64,000 bases of DNA from Nitrosopumilus sp. (GTDB taxonomy: Archaea > Thermoproteota > Nitrososphaeria > Nitrososphaerales > Nitrosopumilaceae), in the NCBI GenBank assembly GCA_965206745.1, contig OZ242220.1, forward strand, positions 864,001 to 928,000, read 5' to 3'. This document shows, piece by piece, positions 11,132-20,670 of this stretch; the first letter of the stretch is position 1, and every line of letters starts with the position of its first letter. Below the pieces are notes generated by a model. That model was not told the origin of the DNA, did not search any database, and saw only the letters and a list, made by a program, of their open reading frames with translations. A program made the position numbers and the translations under genes.

Positions 11132-11506
11132 ATGAGCACTACAGGAATGTATATGCTAAACTCTGAGGAGTATAGTCTGGAGAAAATTCAACAGGCCCTT
11201 GACATGTTGTACATTGATAGAAAGAATGAGTTTCGAGAACTGTCTCTGGTTCTTCTCAGTGAGAATGCATTTCACTGCATACCCAACTGGAAGGAGTTTA
11301 TCTTGAATTTCAGTTTGGATGTTGAGGAATCCTTTAAGACTTGGTCCGGACAGATGTCGCTGTCTCCAAACTCCCCGCAAAAAGCATTGACTCTCTTAAG
11401 GCAACTAAGTCATGGCAAGACTTCGATGAACCAACTTGTACATCTGCTGAATCTCTCATACAGCATATCGCGCGAATTCAAGGAGATTTACAGACGTCTG
11501 AAATGA
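11132..11506 (+). CDS. Conserved hypothetical protein
   Basis: Clean ORF with protein-like composition and a T-rich tract downstream. Confidence 0.7.
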   Translation: MSTTGMYMLNSEEYSLEKIQQALDMLYIDRKNEFRELSLVLLSENAFHCIPNWKEFILNFSLDVEESFKTWSGQMSLSPNSPQKALTLLRQLSHGKTSMNQLVHLLNLSYSISREFKEIYRRLK

Positions 11507-11561
11507 TCTCTCTTTCTTTTTAATCTCAATACCTAAATTCCCCTTTTTTGAATTACACGTA

Positions 11562-11813
11562 ATGGATTTCATGTTGGAGGAGGAACTAATTGATCTGATG
11601 ACTTTCTGCCTTCAGAATCCTGACTCAGCAGAGGTCCCAGGCAAGCACCGGCGAATCACAGAGATTGGTCAGGAACTGTATGCTGATGGGGGAGTTGATG
11701 CCTTGGAGAACTTTTTCTTTGTGCTGAAAAACAGAATCACTCAAGAAATAGAAAAAGATCCATCCCCGATGCGCTCGCTATGGAATGGCCTTACTGATCA
11801 ATGGCAGTACTGA
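11562..11813 (+). CDS. Conserved hypothetical protein
   Basis: Clean ORF; IGQELYADGG...LWNGL motif. Confidence 0.7.
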   Translation: MDFMLEEELIDLMTFCLQNPDSAEVPGKHRRITEIGQELYADGGVDALENFFFVLKNRITQEIEKDPSPMRSLWNGLTDQWQY

Positions 11814-11831
11814 ACCTTTCTGATGAAAAGT

Positions 11832-11975
11832 CTATCCACTGCCTATTCTGAAGATGGCTGTGCTGCATGTAGGGCAGGTGCCCTTGATTGCAGGTTTACC
11901 ATTTTTCATGGTGTATGGTTTAGGGCCGCCGATTTCTCGTTTGTCTCGACACTTTACACAATATCCTATTGTCAT
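11832..11975 (-). CDS. Small zinc-ribbon protein (DUF5679-like), 47 aa, below track cutoff
   Basis: MTIGYCVKCRDKREIGGPKPYTMKNGKPAIKGTCPTCSTAIFRIGSG. Confidence 0.85.
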   Translation of the reverse strand: MTIGYCVKCRDKREIGGPKPYTMKNGKPAIKGTCPTCSTAIFRIGSG

Positions 11976-12164
11976 AATTTCATTAGGCTCTAGGTCATAT
12001 TAGCGAGAACTTGTCGAATTTTTTTCACTATTAGACAAACCTCAGATCCCATTTATCGCGTTGCAGATTCGTCTTCCTCCTGTCTGATGGCAATCTGATC
12101 CTTTTTTGGGAACAAATCGCTTAAATGGATGGTGGATTTTTCGGCAAAGTTATTTTGTTAAATT

Positions 12165-12587
12165 TCACACGACGCTGATTGATATCTTTGAATGCCTTGT
12201 CAACGCAACGCTGTCTTTCAAGTTCTCCCAGAGAAAAATCTCTGCAACGTACTCCCCTGAACTGCTTGGTGTCCATGACAATGATGGGCTGAATTTTTGA
12301 TTCGGTGTTAATTGGGCGCTTATCCATTTCAATGCTACGACTGTGTCTTCATTGTTTTTAATCTGAACAATGTATGAAAAATCCTGTGATTTTGTCTGGT
12401 GATTTACAATGTCTGCTGAAATCTGTATCGGCTGATTGACATTAATCTTATCTGTGATTGCGGTTTTGGAGGCATCCTCCAGCCTTGAATCTATGATTGA
12501 CATTCTTTCTAACTCTGTCTGTGCAAATGCTGGCATGATGCTTACAGTAGCTAGTATTACCAACAGTCCCACACCCTTGCATATCAC
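12165..12587 (-). CDS. Secreted Ig-like thaumarchaeal protein
   Basis: Signal peptide (..MPAFAQ); QISADIVN...YIVQIKN...LSWTP..GEY.AEIFLW pattern. Confidence 0.75.
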   Translation of the reverse strand: MICKGVGLLVILATVSIMPAFAQTELERMSIIDSRLEDASKTAITDKINVNQPIQISADIVNHQTKSQDFSYIVQIKNNEDTVVALKWISAQLTPNQKFSPSLSWTPSSSGEYVAEIFLWENLKDSVALTRHSKISISVV

Positions 12588-12668
12588 AATTTTTGAGGTA
12601 TTTTTTAGTTACAAAAGCCTTTCTGAATTCAAATTTCCAACTTTGACTGCAAACTGCTCAAACGCTAT

Positions 12669-14006
12669 CTAGAGGACGATTCTATAGTAATCCCATCTTT
12701 CTGGATCAAACAGTGTTACAAATTCTGCCTGCTCTTTGTCTATTCTGGCCCTGATGACGTCTCGCAGCGCAAAGCTTGTCATGAATTTGAATTTCAACGA
12801 GTGGGCCTGCATGACAAACATGTGGCGCATCTCGCTGCCTCCCTTCAATCCCCAATATCCCATCTTTAGTGCGATTGGTTCTAAAAATATCGTATTTCCC
12901 AAGCCGTAATTTTCATCCCTGATCTCTTCTCGAAGCTTGTATTTTTCTAGAGGGCCTCCTTTGGAGAACCCCACGATCTCCCCGTCTTTGTCATTTAACC
13001 TCAATGTGTTGATGATCACCTGCGGGTCCTTGACTGATTTTTCAAAATTCTCCTTTTCAAACTGGAGCGGGGTTGGCAGTTCCAAAAAGATCTCATACAA
13101 TGATTTTATAAATTCCGGATCCGCCCTTGTTGTCATCGACTCTATCGTTGGAATCAGCTTTAGATTTTCATACGAATAGTCTGCCTGTATTGCAATCTCC
13201 TGCCGTCTGATTTCCATAAACGACAGCACGGTGTCAAAGAAATTCTTCCTCATCTCTTTTGGCAGCGCTTTGAGAATCCCTTTGGACATGTCTGTCTCCT
13301 TGCTTAGCAATTCTTCAAAATATGCAACGGCATTTTTGACAATTAGTGACGATCTCCATGCCAATGCATGCGCGTTCATCTTTGCCATCTCCATTGCCTT
13401 TGCAAAATCCCCTATCGCATAACCGCTTATCCTGTCCACCACAGAGAGATACCATCCCATCTCCATGATGTGTTCCTGATACGGCAGGTTGTTCCTTGTT
13501 ATCTCTGATCTGTTGAAACATTCCTTGATTTGAACTTCCATATTGTCTTTTATCTTTCCGTTCCATGGATAGGTCGTCCTTAAAATCAAAACCTTGATTA
13601 TCTCTAAATCCATCTTTGCGTCGTTGATCAGCTGGAGGAGTTTTTTGTCCATGGAAATGAATTTCAAAACGCTCTCTTCATGAGGCTTGTCGACACTTTT
13701 TTGAGGATCAAAATCGTGAAACAGCGCTGCAACGTACAGGTACTTTACATCCTCATGCGTGAGTTTGATTCGTTTTTGGTTTATGGCCAAAAGTGAAACA
13801 TATGTGACTTCTAGTTCGTGGTTGATGTTGTGGTATCCGTAATACTCTGTCCCCAGCCCCTGGCTCTCAAAGAGGTCAATGGTATAATCCAACATCTCGA
13901 CATAGCAGTCATCTGCTAATCCGTTCTCTGCCATCAGATTGAGAATCTCACTTCTCATCGAATGGACATTTGCAAATTGCTGCAATACAGACAGATCCAA
14001 ATTCAT
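12669..14006 (-). CDS. HD-domain phosphohydrolase with C-terminal GNAT-like region
   Basis: YHNINH...AALFHDFD...D motif; C-terminal IVGF.KGGP...FLEPIAL..GYWG..GG resembles a GNAT acyl-CoA motif. Confidence 0.8.
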   Translation of the reverse strand: MNLDLSVLQQFANVHSMRSEILNLMAENGLADDCYVEMLDYTIDLFESQGLGTEYYGYHNINHELEVTYVSLLAINQKRIKLTHEDVKYLYVAALFHDFDPQKSVDKPHEESVLKFISMDKKLLQLINDAKMDLEIIKVLILRTTYPWNGKIKDNMEVQIKECFNRSEITRNNLPYQEHIMEMGWYLSVVDRISGYAIGDFAKAMEMAKMNAHALAWRSSLIVKNAVAYFEELLSKETDMSKGILKALPKEMRKNFFDTVLSFMEIRRQEIAIQADYSYENLKLIPTIESMTTRADPEFIKSLYEIFLELPTPLQFEKENFEKSVKDPQVIINTLRLNDKDGEIVGFSKGGPLEKYKLREEIRDENYGLGNTIFLEPIALKMGYWGLKGGSEMRHMFVMQAHSLKFKFMTSFALRDVIRARIDKEQAEFVTLFDPERWDYYRIVL

Positions 14007-14146
14007 GTTTTTAAAGATGATCTCTCTGATCCTAGTCTGTGATTTTTTTGCTGACTGTGGGCAGACTGTTCACGTGCAATCTCAATCATGGCCTGTTTAA
14101 CTATGCATTCCAAGAGGACTCTCTGTTTTTCTGGCCGTGGCACCAT
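14003..14146 (-). CDS. Small hypothetical protein coupled to the HD gene
   Basis: ATG 14146, MVPRPEKQRVLLECIVKQAMIEIA...; stop overlaps the HD start (ATGA). Confidence 0.5.
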   Translation of the reverse strand: MVPRPEKQRVLLECIVKQAMIEIAREQSAHSQQKNHRLGSERSSLKT

Positions 14147-14331
14147 TTTGCCACTTTCTGCCAAATTTGGCCATCCCTCCAAAGATATGTAAATGTACCA
14201 TTTTACAATCTCATGGAATTGTCGATTGACTCTGCATCTTGATCTGTAAATTGTCTGATTTATACAAAAACATTGAATGTCGTCTGTTTTTATCAAAACA
14301 TTCAATAGAATTATGACTCTCTGATCATTCA

Positions 14332-14736
14332 ATGTCATTTGATACAGAACTGCTTGATAGGCTAATGGAGTTTAATGAGAAAAATTCCCCTGCATTCACA
14401 CTTTATGTCAATGACGTGGCCTACCGGATTGCAAGCACATCTATAACCAATTCCCCAATACCTGTAAACGAACCCACGACCCGTGGAGGCGTGTACTTTT
14501 CAGATAAATTTGCATACAAAATTAAATGTGTCGTCGAGGATCTCTCGATAGTTCCTTTGTTGACAAAGAAGATGCTTGGACCAAACACTGAATTTGGCGA
14601 ATTAAGAATCACCGTCTCCATCGAATCTGATGGAAGGGTGATTCCAGTTGAAATCTTTACCAATCTTACAAACAGCGTTCAGACTCCGGACTCTATTGAG
14701 CTTGGCATGATTATTGTAAAACTAGGGTCTGCCTAG
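14332..14736 (+). CDS. Conserved hypothetical protein
   Basis: Clean ORF with PVNEPTTRGGVYFSD motif. Confidence 0.75.
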   Translation: MSFDTELLDRLMEFNEKNSPAFTLYVNDVAYRIASTSITNSPIPVNEPTTRGGVYFSDKFAYKIKCVVEDLSIVPLLTKKMLGPNTEFGELRITVSIESDGRVIPVEIFTNLTNSVQTPDSIELGMIIVKLGSA

Positions 14737-15284
14737 TCTTCCTTAAAGTATCTGTCGTATTTTTCCCTGCGTTCCTTGTCTGATAACACCTCGTATGCTT
14801 TGTTGAGTTCTGTCATCTCCTCTTGGGAGTCCTCCCTGGTTTTGTCCGGATGTGTCTTCTTTGCAAGCGCCCTGAACTTTCTTTTGATCTCCTCAGAGGT
14901 TGCATCCTTCTCCACCCCGATGATCTCATAGTAGTTTGGAAGTCTTTGATTGTTGAGTGCATCTAGGAACTCCTTGTCATCTTGGGTGTTGCTTCTCTGG
15001 CCTAGCTCCTCATAGTCATCCCCCCAGTCTGAGTGGTATTTTTCAAACGTCTTGTCCTTTTTTGACTCTAGCTCCTCCCTGTCATAGGATGTCTTTCTTC
15101 GAAGTATGACGTCCCTTGAAAGAAACAAGGCCAGTGCCAGTACTGCAATTGCAAAGCCTGAGAACAGCACTATCTTCTCCTCATCTGTCACCTTCAACTC
15201 CGTCTCAAAACCCTCCTCCTGTGCATGTGCCACTTGAATGCCCAAGATGATGACTGTGATTATGAAAATACCTTGTGTGTTCAT
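14733..15284 (-). CDS. Membrane-anchored DnaJ-domain protein
   Basis: Signal peptide plus TM helix; C-terminal J-domain with HPD (NYYEIIGV...THPDK...AYEVLSD). Confidence 0.92.
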   Translation of the reverse strand: MNTQGIFIITVIILGIQVAHAQEEGFETELKVTDEEKIVLFSGFAIAVLALALFLSRDVILRRKTSYDREELESKKDKTFEKYHSDWGDDYEELGQRSNTQDDKEFLDALNNQRLPNYYEIIGVEKDATSEEIKRKFRALAKKTHPDKTREDSQEEMTELNKAYEVLSDKERREKYDRYFKED

Positions 15285-15295
15285 CCCTTATTCCT

Positions 15296-15739
15296 CTATG
15301 ATAGCCTAAAGTCTTCCTTTGCGGTATTTAGAACTAGATGGGTTATCGTATTTTCCACGTTTGGAATGGTTGCCAGATCCTTTACAAACTTGCTCAACTC
15401 CTTTCTCTCTTTGAATTTTGCGATAACTATGGTGTCTGTCGAACCCGTAATGTCATACACCCCGCAGACATTTTCAAATTTTGCTATCTCTTCCTCGATA
15501 TCCATCACTTTGTCGTTCTTGGCCAGAATTTCAATAATGGCAGTCAGCGAGTATCCTATTTTTTCATGGTCGACAATTGCAGTATACCCGTGAATTATCT
15601 TGGCCTTTTCTAGTTTCTTGATTCTAGATAGTACCGTGACTGTTGACATTCCAAGTTTGAGTGCAAGGTGCCTTGCCGACTGCCTTGCATCCACTAGCAG
15701 GTTTTTGAGGATCCTCTCGTCTGTCTCATCTAGGCTCAT
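15296..15739 (-). CDS. Lrp/AsnC family transcriptional regulator
   Basis: LDETDERIL..L..DAR HTH and C-terminal RAM domain (VYDITGSTD). Confidence 0.93.
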   Translation of the reverse strand: MSLDETDERILKNLLVDARQSARHLALKLGMSTVTVLSRIKKLEKAKIIHGYTAIVDHEKIGYSLTAIIEILAKNDKVMDIEEEIAKFENVCGVYDITGSTDTIVIAKFKERKELSKFVKDLATIPNVENTITHLVLNTAKEDFRLS

Positions 15740-15858
15740 ATCATACCGTGGTGAAAAATTTATTTAAATTTTGATGAAATGCGTGTAAATCTATTTGATC
15801 TGACTCGTTTTTGGTTCTGATTCCTCTGATTTAATACAAATGATGTCCTTGCTGATTC

Positions 15859-16086
15859 ATGGATCAGATCAAGGAACTCGTCAGGAAGGGCCAAGTTTTG
15901 CTCGATGAGGGGAGATACGAGGATGCTCTGGACTTTTTTGAGCAGGCACTGCTCTTGAACCAAAACGATCCTGACCTCTGGAATCACAAGGGGGTTGCCC
16001 TTCGGAGTCTGGGACGATACGAGGAATCCATGGCATGCTTTAACAAGTCCCTTGAGATTGAGCCCCGCGACAAGTCTGCATCCTGA
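15859..16086 (+). CDS. Small TPR protein
   Basis: Two TPR motifs (WNHKGVAL..LGRYEES..CFNKSL). Confidence 0.85.
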   Translation: MDQIKELVRKGQVLLDEGRYEDALDFFEQALLLNQNDPDLWNHKGVALRSLGRYEESMACFNKSLEIEPRDKSAS

Positions 16087-16178
16087 ATCCGATTCAATCG
16101 TATTGCAAGAGACATCCCCAAAGTTTGGTTATTGTACTGTAATTACTGATTTAATACAGGACTGTTCATATCTGATCA

Positions 16179-16751
16179 ATGCCTGTTCTGTCTGCACAAC
16201 TGACTGGCAGGACAAAAAATCAGTTTATTATTGACAAAATATCACCAAAGGCAGTGAATGAAAAGACTGAGAAGATACTGGCACGGGCACTAGAGTGCGT
16301 TGAGGATGGGAATCCCCATGATGCCTTGAAATTATATGATGTGGCACTAAAAGAGGAACCTGACAACCCTGGCATCCTAGTTGACAGGGGCCTGACACTG
16401 CAAAATATGGGAAGATTCAAGCTTGCCATCTGCTCGTATGATGAAGCACTTGGTATCTCTCCTGAAAATATTGATGCGCTGGTAAACAAGGGGGTCGCTT
16501 TACATTGCAATGAGGGATACCTTGATGCAATAGCGTGCTATGATGCTGCCTTGAAGATTGACCGAAGATGTGCAATGGCTCTGGCATACAAGGGACTCTC
16601 ATTAGGCGAGCTTGGTGATCTTCAAGACGCAATCAGACACTTCAAAGAGGCACTATCTGTTGACCGGCATTATGAGCTGGCAAGTATCTCAAAGGATGCT
16701 GCCTTGCAACTGTTAAAATCAGCCAAAGAGAGTGAATCTAAAACACGGTGA
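16179..16751 (+). CDS. TPR-repeat protein
   Basis: About four TPR motifs; true start probably slightly downstream. Confidence 0.85.
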   Translation: MPVLSAQLTGRTKNQFIIDKISPKAVNEKTEKILARALECVEDGNPHDALKLYDVALKEEPDNPGILVDRGLTLQNMGRFKLAICSYDEALGISPENIDALVNKGVALHCNEGYLDAIACYDAALKIDRRCAMALAYKGLSLGELGDLQDAIRHFKEALSVDRHYELASISKDAALQLLKSAKESESKTR

Positions 16752-16964
16752 CATCGCCTGGTGCCGGCTCCCGCTTGTCCTGCTTTGTATTCTCCTCAAA
16801 AAAGTCACTATGGGCAGAATTTTGATGCTCCCGCAGTTCCTCTATGTTCTGAAAGCCCTCGTGGCACAGGTAGCACTTGGGCTTGTGCTCGTCGACTAGG
16901 GGAAGTACCATGGTATCTCTGGTACGACTGGCTACTTATTTCTTGAGACTATAAGGAATATATC

Positions 16965-18083
16965 ATGATGAGATGGCCATCCATCATGCTAGAAGAATTG
17001 GTTGGAGATTCACAAGCTCTGGATCGCGCTCTTGCCGGAGAGGAACTCTCCTACAAGGACGGACTTGAGCTGATGAACTATGACAATCTGCATCTGCTTG
17101 GGGCAGTAGCTGATGACTCTAGAAAGAGACTAGTCAGTGACACTGTGACCTTTGCTGCATCTTACTACATGAACTATACCAATGTCTGCGCCGCCAGCTG
17201 TCAGATGTGCGCGTTTTATCGCAAGGACGGGGCAGATGACGCATACACGCTGACCCCCCAGGAGATTGAACAGAGGGTGGGCATTGCAAAACAGATGGGC
17301 GCAACTGAGGTTCACATAGTTGGTGGCTTTCATCCCAAACTCCCCCTTGAGTACTATGAGGACATGATGATGGCTATAAAGAAGAGCCATCCCCAGCTTA
17401 ACATCAAGGCACTGACTGCAGCTGAGATTTACTACCTATCCAAACTTACAAAAAATTCCACAAAAGAGATACTCTCCCGCCTCAAGGATGCGGGTCTTGA
17501 CTCGATGCCTGGCGGGGGTGCGGAGCTGTTCCATCCTGGGATTAGGGGAAAGATTGTCCGAGGAAAATGCACGGGACAGCAGTGGCTTGATGTCATCGAG
17601 GAGGCACACGGCATGGATATCAAAAGCAATGTCACCATGCTTTATGGTCACATTGAAAAGCCAGAGCACATAGTTGACCACCTAATCAAGGTTCGTGACT
17701 TGCAAAAAAAGACCGGCGGATTTCTGACACTAATCCCGCTAAAATTCAGCCTTGATAACACAGAGCTAGAACAAGAGCACCTGGTAAACAATGAGTGCTC
17801 ATCAGTATACGACTTGAGAATCATCGCACTATCCAGACTGATGCTTGGAGGCGTACTGGATAACATTTCAGTTTACTGGGTCGCATATGGCAAGAAACTT
17901 GCACAGGTAGCACTCTCCCATGGCGGGAGTGATTTAGTCGGCACTGCCTTCTCTGAGGAGATTTACAAAGCTGCAGGAAAGGCGACCTCCTCATCAGTTG
18001 AGGAGCTTGCAACAATGGTCAAGGAGATTGGCAGGCTTCCTGCACAGAGAAGCACACACTTTGATATTCTAAAGAGGTTCTAG
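16965..18083 (+). CDS. mqnE: Radical SAM protein, CofH/MqnC/MqnE family (probable aminofutalosine synthase)
   Basis: CAASCQMC radical SAM motif, EVHIVGG.HP, SMPGGGAE, MLYGHIE. Confidence 0.8.
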   Translation: MMRWPSIMLEELVGDSQALDRALAGEELSYKDGLELMNYDNLHLLGAVADDSRKRLVSDTVTFAASYYMNYTNVCAASCQMCAFYRKDGADDAYTLTPQEIEQRVGIAKQMGATEVHIVGGFHPKLPLEYYEDMMMAIKKSHPQLNIKALTAAEIYYLSKLTKNSTKEILSRLKDAGLDSMPGGGAELFHPGIRGKIVRGKCTGQQWLDVIEEAHGMDIKSNVTMLYGHIEKPEHIVDHLIKVRDLQKKTGGFLTLIPLKFSLDNTELEQEHLVNNECSSVYDLRIIALSRLMLGGVLDNISVYWVAYGKKLAQVALSHGGSDLVGTAFSEEIYKAAGKATSSSVEELATMVKEIGRLPAQRSTHFDILKRF

Positions 18084-18400
18084 TCCATCTGTCTTTTGAT
18101 CGAATCTACCTTCTCCTCCATTCCGTGATGCTTGTCCCTTCTTGAGTCAATCTTGACTATCACCTCGACTCGGGCAACCCCGAGATTGTGAACTGTCTCT
18201 GTCATCTGCTTGATGGCAGAGTTTATCACATCGATACTCTCTGATTCAAGAATCGTCCCCATTGCATTGATCTCATACCTGAGATTCTCCATTCTCTGAA
18301 CTGACTCTATTGCCTTTGCGATGTAAAAACTGGCACTGGTGGTTCTGGTGGCCATCGGGTATATGCTGATCTCTGCGTGAATCAATATGCCTCCCTCCAA
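18080..18400 (-). CDS. MTH1187/YkoF (thiamine-binding) family protein
   Basis: AEISIYP...YEINAMGTILE...KIDSRRDK...KV motif. Confidence 0.88.
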   Translation of the reverse strand: MEGGILIHAEISIYPMATRTTSASFYIAKAIESVQRMENLRYEINAMGTILESESIDVINSAIKQMTETVHNLGVARVEVIVKIDSRRDKHHGMEEKVDSIKRQMD

Positions 18401-18634
18401 ACCCCTTGACTAATAATTTCTTCTAGACCAGAGCCAGCCTGCAAAAGAAATTATGACTAGATCATAATTATATATTCTCTAAAATTAACAACGTCCTTAT
18501 GATCAGTATTCACATACAAGATCGTTTTCAATTCTTACTGCAATGCAATTTTTTGACGAATCAGATTATGATCTCACATTTCTTGATTCGCGTATTGACT
18601 TTATATCCGTACAAACATATGTTTATTTATCATT

Positions 18635-18826
18635 ATGGATATTGGTTACGTATTACTAAAATGGGAAAAAAATGAAACAGAGTTTGAAATGAACATGATT
18701 GACGATCAAAAACAGAGTAGGTTTGTGAGAATTCTCCACCCATTAGCTAAATTTTTAGAAATCTCTAATACATTAAAATTCATAATAAAGGGTAGGACTA
18801 TGTTAATTATAGTGAGAGGAAAATAA
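18635..18826 (+). CDS. Small AbrB/MazE-like putative DNA-binding protein
   Basis: SRFVRILHPLAKFLEI...LKFIIKG resembles the swapped-hairpin consensus; directly abuts the MTase start. Confidence 0.5.
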   Translation: MDIGYVLLKWEKNETEFEMNMIDDQKQSRFVRILHPLAKFLEISNTLKFIIKGRTMLIIVRGK

Positions 18827-19618
18827 TTGCCAGCACGGCGTTGCAGATTCTTCATAGATGACGCACTGGACAAATTGAAAAAAATCAGTTCCAACTCAGT
18901 AGATCACTGTATAACCGATCCACCTTACAATATATCTGGATATGACGGGAAAAAACCAATAGGATGGTTAAAAACCAATTCATTATGGACCAAAGATAAA
19001 AAATTTAACAAGATTGATGAAAAATGGGATTCTTTTTCTGATGAAGAATACATAGAATTTACCAAGAAATGGCTAGATGAGGTTTTCAGGGTCGTAAAAC
19101 CCAATGGCAATGTGATAATTTTTGGCACTTTTCACAACATCTACACACTTGGATATTTGATGAGAAAATATAAAAAGAAAATTATTGGTTCAATTACATG
19201 GTACAAACGTAATGCATTTCCAAACATAACCCGGCGTATGTTATGTGAAAGTACGGAATATTTGATTTGGGGGGTAAATAACAGTGTCAAAGATGCTAAA
19301 TGTTGGACTTTTAATTATGACGTGCTAAAGGAAATAAACAACGGAAAACAAATGCGTAATGTCTGGGACATCCCCATGACCAGTAAATCAGAAAAACAGT
19401 ATGGAAAGCACCCAAGTCAAAAACCGATTGAAGTATGTAAAAGGCTTATCATTGGAATGACAAATGAGAATGATGTTGTTCTTGATCCCTTTGCAGGAAG
19501 CGGAACAATTCCATTGGTTGCCAAAATGAATAATAGAAAATACATTGCCATTGAAAAGGATAAAAAATATGCAAAAATTGCTCAAAAGAGACTAAAAAAT
19601 ATAATGACCTCCGTCTAA
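18827..19618 (+). CDS. Site-specific DNA methyltransferase (N6A/N4C, beta class), M1
   Basis: ITDPPY (motif IV), HPSQKP, LDPFAGSGT (motif I). Confidence 0.95.
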   Translation: MPARRCRFFIDDALDKLKKISSNSVDHCITDPPYNISGYDGKKPIGWLKTNSLWTKDKKFNKIDEKWDSFSDEEYIEFTKKWLDEVFRVVKPNGNVIIFGTFHNIYTLGYLMRKYKKKIIGSITWYKRNAFPNITRRMLCESTEYLIWGVNNSVKDAKCWTFNYDVLKEINNGKQMRNVWDIPMTSKSEKQYGKHPSQKPIEVCKRLIIGMTNENDVVLDPFAGSGTIPLVAKMNNRKYIAIEKDKKYAKIAQKRLKNIMTSV

Positions 19619-19665
19619 TTTAATTCAGCATTAAAACTAAAAACAAATCGAATCCAAAAAAATTA

Positions 19666-20670
19666 TTGGATGATGAATTATTAGAAAAAGACATACAACG
19701 TCTAAGAGATTTACAGATTAAACTAAAAGAAGAATTTGGAATTATTGATATTTATTCCAATAGTAAAATCTATGAAATAATAATCGCTAATGAGTTAGGA
19801 CATACGCCCATAGCAGGACATTCTGGGACAAGAAATGGAAAAACCGAGAATGGTGAATTTGAATACAAGCATTATAAGGAACGAAGTTCGAATCACAGCT
19901 GGGCATTTAACGACTATTCTGATACCGTAATTGAAGGATTAAAGGGGGCTGAATCCGTTATCTTTGCACATATTGACAATGATGATGAGAGTGGCCAAAA
20001 ATTTGATTGGTATATTGAAGTACAAGGTACTATTTGTTCTGACTATTTGAGACAACGTACAGAAAAACTTCTAAAAGAAAAACCAAAAGGAAGAGTCAAT
20101 GCGAGGAGAATGATTAACTTTTCACCCCAACAACTCATGAAAGATCTAAAAATTCCTAAAACTTGGATTACACCAATATTTGACAAAGGAAAATACACAA
20201 CCTGCATAGATGAGTTAAATGAAATAGTATTATCCATAGAGAAAAATACAGGAATTAAACAAATTTTAACAAGTAACAAATTATGGGAATTGGTTGTATC
20301 TATTCCTTTAAAACATCAAGTATTGTCTGAACAGTCTGGACATGATGCGATAGATGCTGTCGGAAATTATTATGAGTACAAAGTATCTACCAGTCATTCA
20401 TGGAATTTTCAGGATATATCTGAGACAGTGCTAAAAAAATACGAATCAGATAAAGAGATAATATTGGGAGTCATTGACAAAAAAATTATCAAAATACATG
20501 AAATTTATATTGCAAATTCAAAAGATGTTGTGAATTTACTTAGATGTAAACTTGTAGATAAAGAAATAAAATATAAAAAAAATGGAAAAGAATTAAGACG
20601 TTTGTCAATTTCTTTATCAAAAGGTGATTTGAAGAAAGTTAATGCTCGCATATTTACTGAACGCAATTAA
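19666..20670 (+). CDS. Putative type II restriction endonuclease with two tandem PvuII-like PD-(D/E)xK domains
   Basis: Internal duplication: GIIDIYSNSKIYE...GH...GEFEYK...SNHSWAFND vs GIKQILTSNKLWE...GHDAIDAVGNYYEYK..TSHSWNFQD; located between two MTases. Confidence 0.75.
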   Translation: MDDELLEKDIQRLRDLQIKLKEEFGIIDIYSNSKIYEIIIANELGHTPIAGHSGTRNGKTENGEFEYKHYKERSSNHSWAFNDYSDTVIEGLKGAESVIFAHIDNDDESGQKFDWYIEVQGTICSDYLRQRTEKLLKEKPKGRVNARRMINFSPQQLMKDLKIPKTWITPIFDKGKYTTCIDELNEIVLSIEKNTGIKQILTSNKLWELVVSIPLKHQVLSEQSGHDAIDAVGNYYEYKVSTSHSWNFQDISETVLKKYESDKEIILGVIDKKIIKIHEIYIANSKDVVNLLRCKLVDKEIKYKKNGKELRRLSISLSKGDLKKVNARIFTERN

